Source of the DNA: the human T2T-CHM13v2.0 reference genome, Homo sapiens
Length of the DNA: 64,000 nt
Assembly (NCBI RefSeq): GCF_009914755.1
Contig: NC_060947.1
Direction: 5' to 3' (one strand)
Of this stretch, positions 57,925 through 64,000 are shown one piece after another. The notes under the pieces were generated by a model, which was not told where the DNA came from, did no database searches, and was given only the letters and a program-made list of their open reading frames with translations. A program made the translations under genes and the position numbers. The first letter of the stretch is position 1; each line of letters opens with the position of its first letter.

Positions 57925-60900
57925 AGCAGAGGCAGAGCAAGATGACGGAACAGAAAGTTCTACCAATCCTGCCCTGTAGGAAGGACACTAAGTTTAAAAA
58001 TATCTACACAGAAAACAACAACAACAAAAACAAAACAAAAACAGCTTCATAAGAAAAAATATCAGGTGAGCACTTACAGTTCCTGGTTTTAACTTCATAT
58101 TGCTGAAAGAGGCACTGAAGAGAAAGAAAACAGGCCTGAATCACAGAGGCCACCCATCCCCCTCCCCTGGCAGCAGAGCCCTAGTATGTAGAAAATCTCT
58201 GGGTGCTGGGTGAAGAAGAACACAGCAATTGTGAGGCACTGAACTCAGTTTTGTCCTGTAAGAGCAGAAAGGAAAACCCAACCGAATGGAGCTGACACCC
58301 TCACACTGAGGGAGCTTTTAAAGGATCCCTAGCCAGAAGAGAATCACCAATTCCAGGAACTTAAGTTCCTGCAAATTTCACCACCAAGGGCTATAGTGCT
58401 CCAGATCTCTAAATGAACTTGAAAGGCAGTCTAGGCTATAATGACTGCAACATTTATATAAGTTCTAGTGCTGAAATAGGCCCAGAGACAGTGGACTGGG
58501 GTTATGAAACATACTGAGACACCAGCTGGGGCAGCCAGGGAAGTGCTAACATCAACCCTCCCCTAACACCAGGTGGCATAGCTCATGGCTCCAAAAGATA
58601 TCCCCTCCATCTGCTTGAGGAAAGGAGAAGAAAGAGTGGGGAGGATTTTGTCTCACATCTTGAATACCAGTTCAGTCACAGCAGAACAGGGCACCAGTCA
58701 GAGTTGTGAGGCCCTGGTTCTAGGCCACAGTGCCTAGATGACATTCCTAAACACAACCTGGGCCAGAAGGTGACTCACTGCCTTGAAGAAAATTACTCAA
58801 TCCTGGTAGCATTCATCATCTGCTAACTGAAGAGCCCTTGGGCCCTGAGTAATCTGTGCAATACTCAGATCTACATTGAGAACCCTGGGTGAGACTCTGA
58901 GACTTGCTGGCTTCAGGTGAGACTCAGAAAATTATCAGTTGTGGTGGCTACAGGACAAAACTTCTGTTTGAGAGAAGCAGGGGGAAAAGTAAATACGACA
59001 TTGTCTTGCACATCAGGTACCAGCAAAGCCACAGAGGGGTAAAGCGCCAAGAGGGCTTTGGGGGTTCCTGTTTCCAGGACTTCACACTTGGATGAGATGT
59101 CTGGACCTGCCCTGGGCCAGAGGGGAGCCCACTGCCCTGAAGAGTGAATCCTGGGCCAAGCAGCATTCACAACAAGGTGACACAAGAGACTTTGGGCCTT
59201 AAGGGAACATTGGTGGTAGTCTGGCAAGAGAAGAAGTGCATCTTGGGGTTTGAGTGCCAGCTCAGCCACAATACAATAGAAAACCAGGTAGAGTTATAAG
59301 GTTTTTGTTCTAGCCCCTGACTCCTGATTAGCACTTCTGGACCCACCCAAAGCCTGAGAGACCTTGCTGCCCTGAAGGGAAGGGCATAGGCCTAGCTGGC
59401 TTTGCCACCTGATTATTGTAGAGCCCCAGGACCTTGACCAAACATAGGCAGTAGACAGGAAGTAGTTTAGCCTGACTAAGAAAAAAATAGAAAAAAATTC
59501 AAATAACTAAATCAGAAATGCAAAAAGAGACATAATAATTACAACTGATACTGTAGAAATTCAAAGGATCATTAGAGACTACTATGAGCAACTATATACC
59601 AATAAATTGAAAAATCTTGAAAAAAATTAATTCCTAGATACATACAACCTATCAGAATTTAACTGTAAAGAAATCCAAAATCTGAACTGACCAATGACAA
59701 GTAATTAAATGGAAGTCATAATAAACAGTCTCCCACTTAAGAAAAGTCTGGGACCCTATGGCTTCACTACTGAATTCTACCAAACATATAAAGAAGAACT
59801 AATACCAATCCTACTTAAACTATTCCTAGAAATAGAGGAGGAGGGAATACTTTCCAACTCACTCTATGAGGCCAGTATTATCCTGAAAACAAAGCCAGAC
59901 AAACACACATTTAAAAAAAAAGAGTCTACAGCCCAATATATCTGATAAATATTGAGGCAAAAATCTTCAACAAAATTTCAGTGAACCAAATTTAACAATA
60001 CATTAGAACGATCATTCATCATGACCAAGTGGAGTTTATCCCTGTGATGCAAGGATGGTTCGACATACACAAATCAATCAGTGAAAAACATCATATCAAC
60101 AAAATGAAGGACAAAAACAATATGATAATTTTAATTGATGCTGAAAATTCATTTGATAAAATTAAGCATTCATGCCTGATAAAAACCCTTAAAAAATGGC
60201 ATATAGAAAGAACATACCTAAACACGATACAAACCATATACAATACACCTACAGCTAGTAGTGTCATGCTAATTGGGGAAAAACTGAAATATTTTCCTCT
60301 AAGATAGGGAACATGACAAGAATGTTCACTGTCACCACTCATTCAACATAGTACTGGAAATCATAGCTGGATTATTCAGACAAGAGAAAGATAAAAATGT
60401 CAACCAAATTAGAAAGAAAGACATCAAATTATCTTTGTTTGCAGATGATGTGATTTTATATTTGAAAAAAACTAATGAATCCACAAAAACCTATAAGAAC
60501 TGATAAAAAAATTGAGTAAAATTGCAAGATACAAAAACTACATACAAAAATCACTAGCATTTCTATATGCCAAAAGGAAATCGTGTGAAAAAGAAACAAA
60601 AAGGAATCCCATTTATAAATGCCACACATAAAACTAAATACCTAGGCATTAACTTAACCAAAAAAGTGAAAGGACTTGTATCACAAAAACTCTAAAATAC
60701 TAATGAACGTAAGTAAAGAGGACAACAAAAAAATGAAAAACTATTTTATGTTCAGGGATTGAAAGAATCAGTATTGTTAAAATATCCACACTACTTAAAG
60801 CTATATACAGATTCAATGCACACTCTATCAAAATACTAATGACATTCTTCACATAAACAGAAAAAAAACAACCCTAAAGTCTATATAGAAGCATAAAGGA

Positions 60901-60935
60901 CCCAGAATAGCCAAAGCTATTTTAAGCATAAAGAA
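57925..60935 (+). mobile_element. L1M1/L1MA-like element: 5' UTR joined directly to mid-ORF2 at ~59468
   Basis: 'ggcagagcaagatgacggaa' start; ORF2 fragments [21 protein letters not shown] and 'tttgcagatgat' (FADD). Confidence 0.8.
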
Positions 60936-61874
60936 TACTGTAGCCCTGCAGTATAGTTTGAAGTCAGGTAGCATGATGCCTCCAGCTTTATTCTTTTGGC
61001 TTAGGATTGTCTTGGCAATGCGGGCTGTTTTGTGGTTCCATATGAGCTTTAAAGTAGTCTTTTCCAATTCTGTGAAGAAAGTCCTTGGTAGCTGGATGGG
61101 GATGGCACTGAATCTATAAATTACCTTGGGCAGTATGGCCATTTTCATAGTGATTCTTCCTATCCATGAGCATGGAATGTTCTTCCATTTGTTTGTGTCC
61201 TCTTTTACTTCGTTGACAAGTGGTTTGTAGCTCTCCTTGAAGAGGTCCTTCACATCCCTTGTAAGTTGGATTCCTAGGTATGTTATTCTCTTTGAAGCAA
61301 TTGTGAATGGGAGTTCACTCATGATTTGGCTCTCTGTTTGTCTGTTACTGCTGTATAGGAATGCTTGTGATTTTTGCACATTGATTTTGTATCTTGAGAC
61401 TTTGCTGAAGTTGCTTATCAGCTTAAGGAGATTTAGGGCTGAGACGATGGGGTTTTCTAGATATAAAATCATGTCATCTGCAAACAGGGACAATTTGACT
61501 TCCTCTTTTCCTAATTGAATACCCTTTATTTCTTTCTCCTGCCTGATTGCCCTGGCCAGAACTTCCAACACTATGTTGAATACGAGTGGTGAGAGAGGAC
61601 ATCCTTGTCTTGTGCCAGTTTTCAAAGGGAATGCTTCCAGTGTTTGCCCATTTAGTATGATATTGGCTGTGGGTTTGTCATAAATAGCTCTTATTATCTT
61701 GAGATGCGTCCCATTAATACCTAGTTTATTGAGAGTTTTTAGCATGAAGGGCTGTTGAATTTTGTCAAAGGCCTTTTCTGCATCTATTGAGATAATCATG
61801 TGGTTTTTGTCTTTGGTTCTGTTTATGTGATGGATTTTGTTTATTGATTTGCATATGTTGAACAAGCCTTGCAT
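60936..61874 (-). pseudogene. L1 ORF2 reverse-transcriptase fragment (open part of ORF 60849..61874)
   Basis: [37 protein letters not shown] motifs. Confidence 0.93.
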
Positions 61875-63178
61875 CCTAGGGATGAAGTCAACTTGATCGT
61901 GGTGGATAGGCTTTTTGATGTGCTGCTGGATTCAGTTTGCCAGTATTTTATTGAGGATTTTTGCATCGATGTTCCTCAGGGATATTGGTCTAAAATACTC
62001 TTTTTTTTTTTACTGTGTCTCTGCCAGGCTTTGGTATCAGGATGATGCTGGCCTCATAAAATGAGTTAGGGAGGATTTCCTCTTTTTGTATTGATTGGAA
62101 TAGTTTCAGAAGGAATGGTACTAGCTCCTCTTTGAACCTCTGGTAGAATTCAGCTGTGATTCCATCTGGTCCTGGACTTTTTTTGGTTGGTAGGCTATTA
62201 ATTATTGCCTCAACTTCAGAGCCTGTTATTGGCCTAATCAGGTATTCAACTTCTTCCAGGTTTAGTCTTGGGAGGGTGTATGTGTCCAGGAATTTATCCA
62301 TTTCTTCTAGATTTTCTAGTTTATTTGCGTAGAGGTGTTTATAGTATTCTCTGATGGTAGTCTGTATTTCTGTGGGATTGATGGTGATATCCCCTTTATC
62401 ATTTTTTATTGCTTCTATTTGATTATTCTCTCTTTTCTTCTTTATTAGTCTTGGTAGTGGTCTATCAACTTTGCAGATCTTTTCAAAAAACCAGCTCCTG
62501 GATTCATTGATATTTTGAAGGGTTTTTTTGTGTCTGTATCTCCTTCAGTTCTGCTCTGATCTTAGTTATTTCTTGCCTTCTGCTAGCTTTTGAATGTGTT
62601 TGCTCTTGCTTCTCTAGTTCTTTTAATTGTGATGTTAGGGTGTCAATTTTAGATCTTTCCTGATTTTTCTTGTGGGCATTTAGTGCTATAAATTTCCCTC
62701 TACACACTGCTTTACATGTGTCTCAGAGGTTCTGGTATGTTGTATCTTTGTTCTCATTGGTTTCAAAGACCATCATTATTTCTGCCTTCATTTCGTTATG
62801 TACCCAGTAGCCATTCAAGAGCAGGTTTTTCAGTTTCCATGTAGTTGAGCGGTTTTGAGTGAGTTTCTTAATCCTGAGTTCTAGTTTGATTGCAATTTGG
62901 CATGTTTTTGCAGTGGCTGGTACCGGTTGTTCTTTTCCATGTTTAGTGCTTCCTTCAAGAGCTCTTGTAAGGCAGGCCTGGTGGTAACAAAATCTCTCAG
63001 CATTTGCTTGTCTGTAAAGGATTTTATTTCTCCTTCACTTATGAAGCTTAGTTTGGCTGGATATGAAATTCTGGGTTGAAATTCTTTTAAGAATGCTGAA
63101 TATTGGCACCCACTCTCTTCTGGCTTGTAGAATTTCTGCTGAGAGATCCGCTCTTATTCTGATGGGCTTCCCTTTGTG
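60936..63178 (-). mobile_element. Inverted 5' segment of a younger L1PA (about PA4-PA7)
   Basis: Antisense ORF2 from 'tactgtagcc' back to the ORF1 C-terminus; internal deletion at ~62894. Confidence 0.93.
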
Positions 63179-63179
63179 T

Positions 63180-64000
63180 GCAAGGTACTGGTACCAAAAC
63201 AGAGATATAGACCAATGGAACAGAACAGAGCCCTCAGAAATAATACCACACATCTACAACCATCTGATCTTTGACAAACCTGACAAAAACAAGAAATGAG
63301 GAAAGGATTCCCTATTTAATAAATGGTGCTGGGAAATCTGGCTAGCCGTATGTAGAAAGCTGAAACTGGGCCATGTGCAGTGGCTCACGCCTGTAATCCC
63401 AGCACTTTGGGAGGCCAAGGTGGGTGGATCACGAGTTCAGGAGATCGAGACCATCCTGGCTAACACGGTGAAACCCCGTCTCCACGAAAAAATACAAAAA
63501 AATTAGCCAGGCATGGTGGCGGGTGCCTGTAGTCCCAGCTACTCAGGAGACTGAGTCAGGAGAAATGGCATGAGCCTGGGAGGCAGAGCCTGCAGTGAGC
63601 TGAGATCGCACCACTGCACTCCAGTCTGGGTGACAGAGCGAGACTCCGTCTCAAAAAAAAAAAAAAAAAAAAAAAAAAGAAAAAAAAGCTGAAACTGGAT
63701 CCCTTCCTTACACCTTATACAAAAATTCATTCAAGAGGGATTAAAGACTTAAATGTTAGACCTAAAACCATAAAAACCCTTCAAGAAAACCTAGGCATTA
63801 CCATTCAGGACATAGGCATGGGCAAGGACTTCATGACTAAAACACCAAAAGCAGTGGCAACAAAAGCCAAAATTGACAAATGGGATCCAATTAAACTAAG
63901 GAGCTTCTGCACAGCAAAAGAAACTACCATCAGAGTGAACAGGCAACCTACAGAATGGGAGAAAATTTTTGCAATCTACCCATCTGACAAAGGGCTAACA
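63180..64000 (+). mobile_element. Sense 3' segment of the same L1PA, running off the window
   Basis: 'ggtactggtaccaaaacagagatatagaccaatgg' continues ORF2 from where the inverted segment stops. Confidence 0.93.
63369..63684 (+). mobile_element. AluY-like nested in L1PA
   Basis: 'accatcctggctaacacggtg' diagnostic; long A tail; TSD AAAGCTGAAACTG. Confidence 0.96.

Noticed and set aside
62885-62905. The L1 ORF1-ORF2 deletion as a spliced-out intron
   Set aside because: Nearby GT and AG sites in the recalled consensus would give AAATTTGCAATC, but the sequence has AAATTGCAATC; microhomology fits better.

Overview
Primate (human-like) AT-rich intergenic or deep-intronic DNA. No recognisable protein-coding gene, RNA gene, CpG island or CRISPR array. 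Roughly half is transposon-derived: 11 Alus, old and young L1s, HAL1, L2, MIR, hAT MITEs, PABL, LTR1/27-clade, MER41B and MER34-like LTRs, and a two-LTR THE1 provirus. The listed ORFs are repeat remnants or chance frames. I found no evidence of a new multi-gene biological system. The notable signals are structural: (1) a near full-length L1PB whose 3' end plus ~90 bp of flank was copied in inverted orientation into its own TA tract, giving ~450-bp arms around 3.1 kb of AT minisatellites that include a perfect 124-bp palindrome; (2) an ERV1 block bounded by two inward-facing LTR 5' ends; (3) a twin-primed L1PA inside an older L1, forming a ~1.4-kb fold-back; (4) a probable L1 3' transduction; (5) an unexplained 92-bp diverged direct repeat. 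Repeat names come from recalled consensus sequences, identities are hand-counted, and boundaries of old repeats are approximate.
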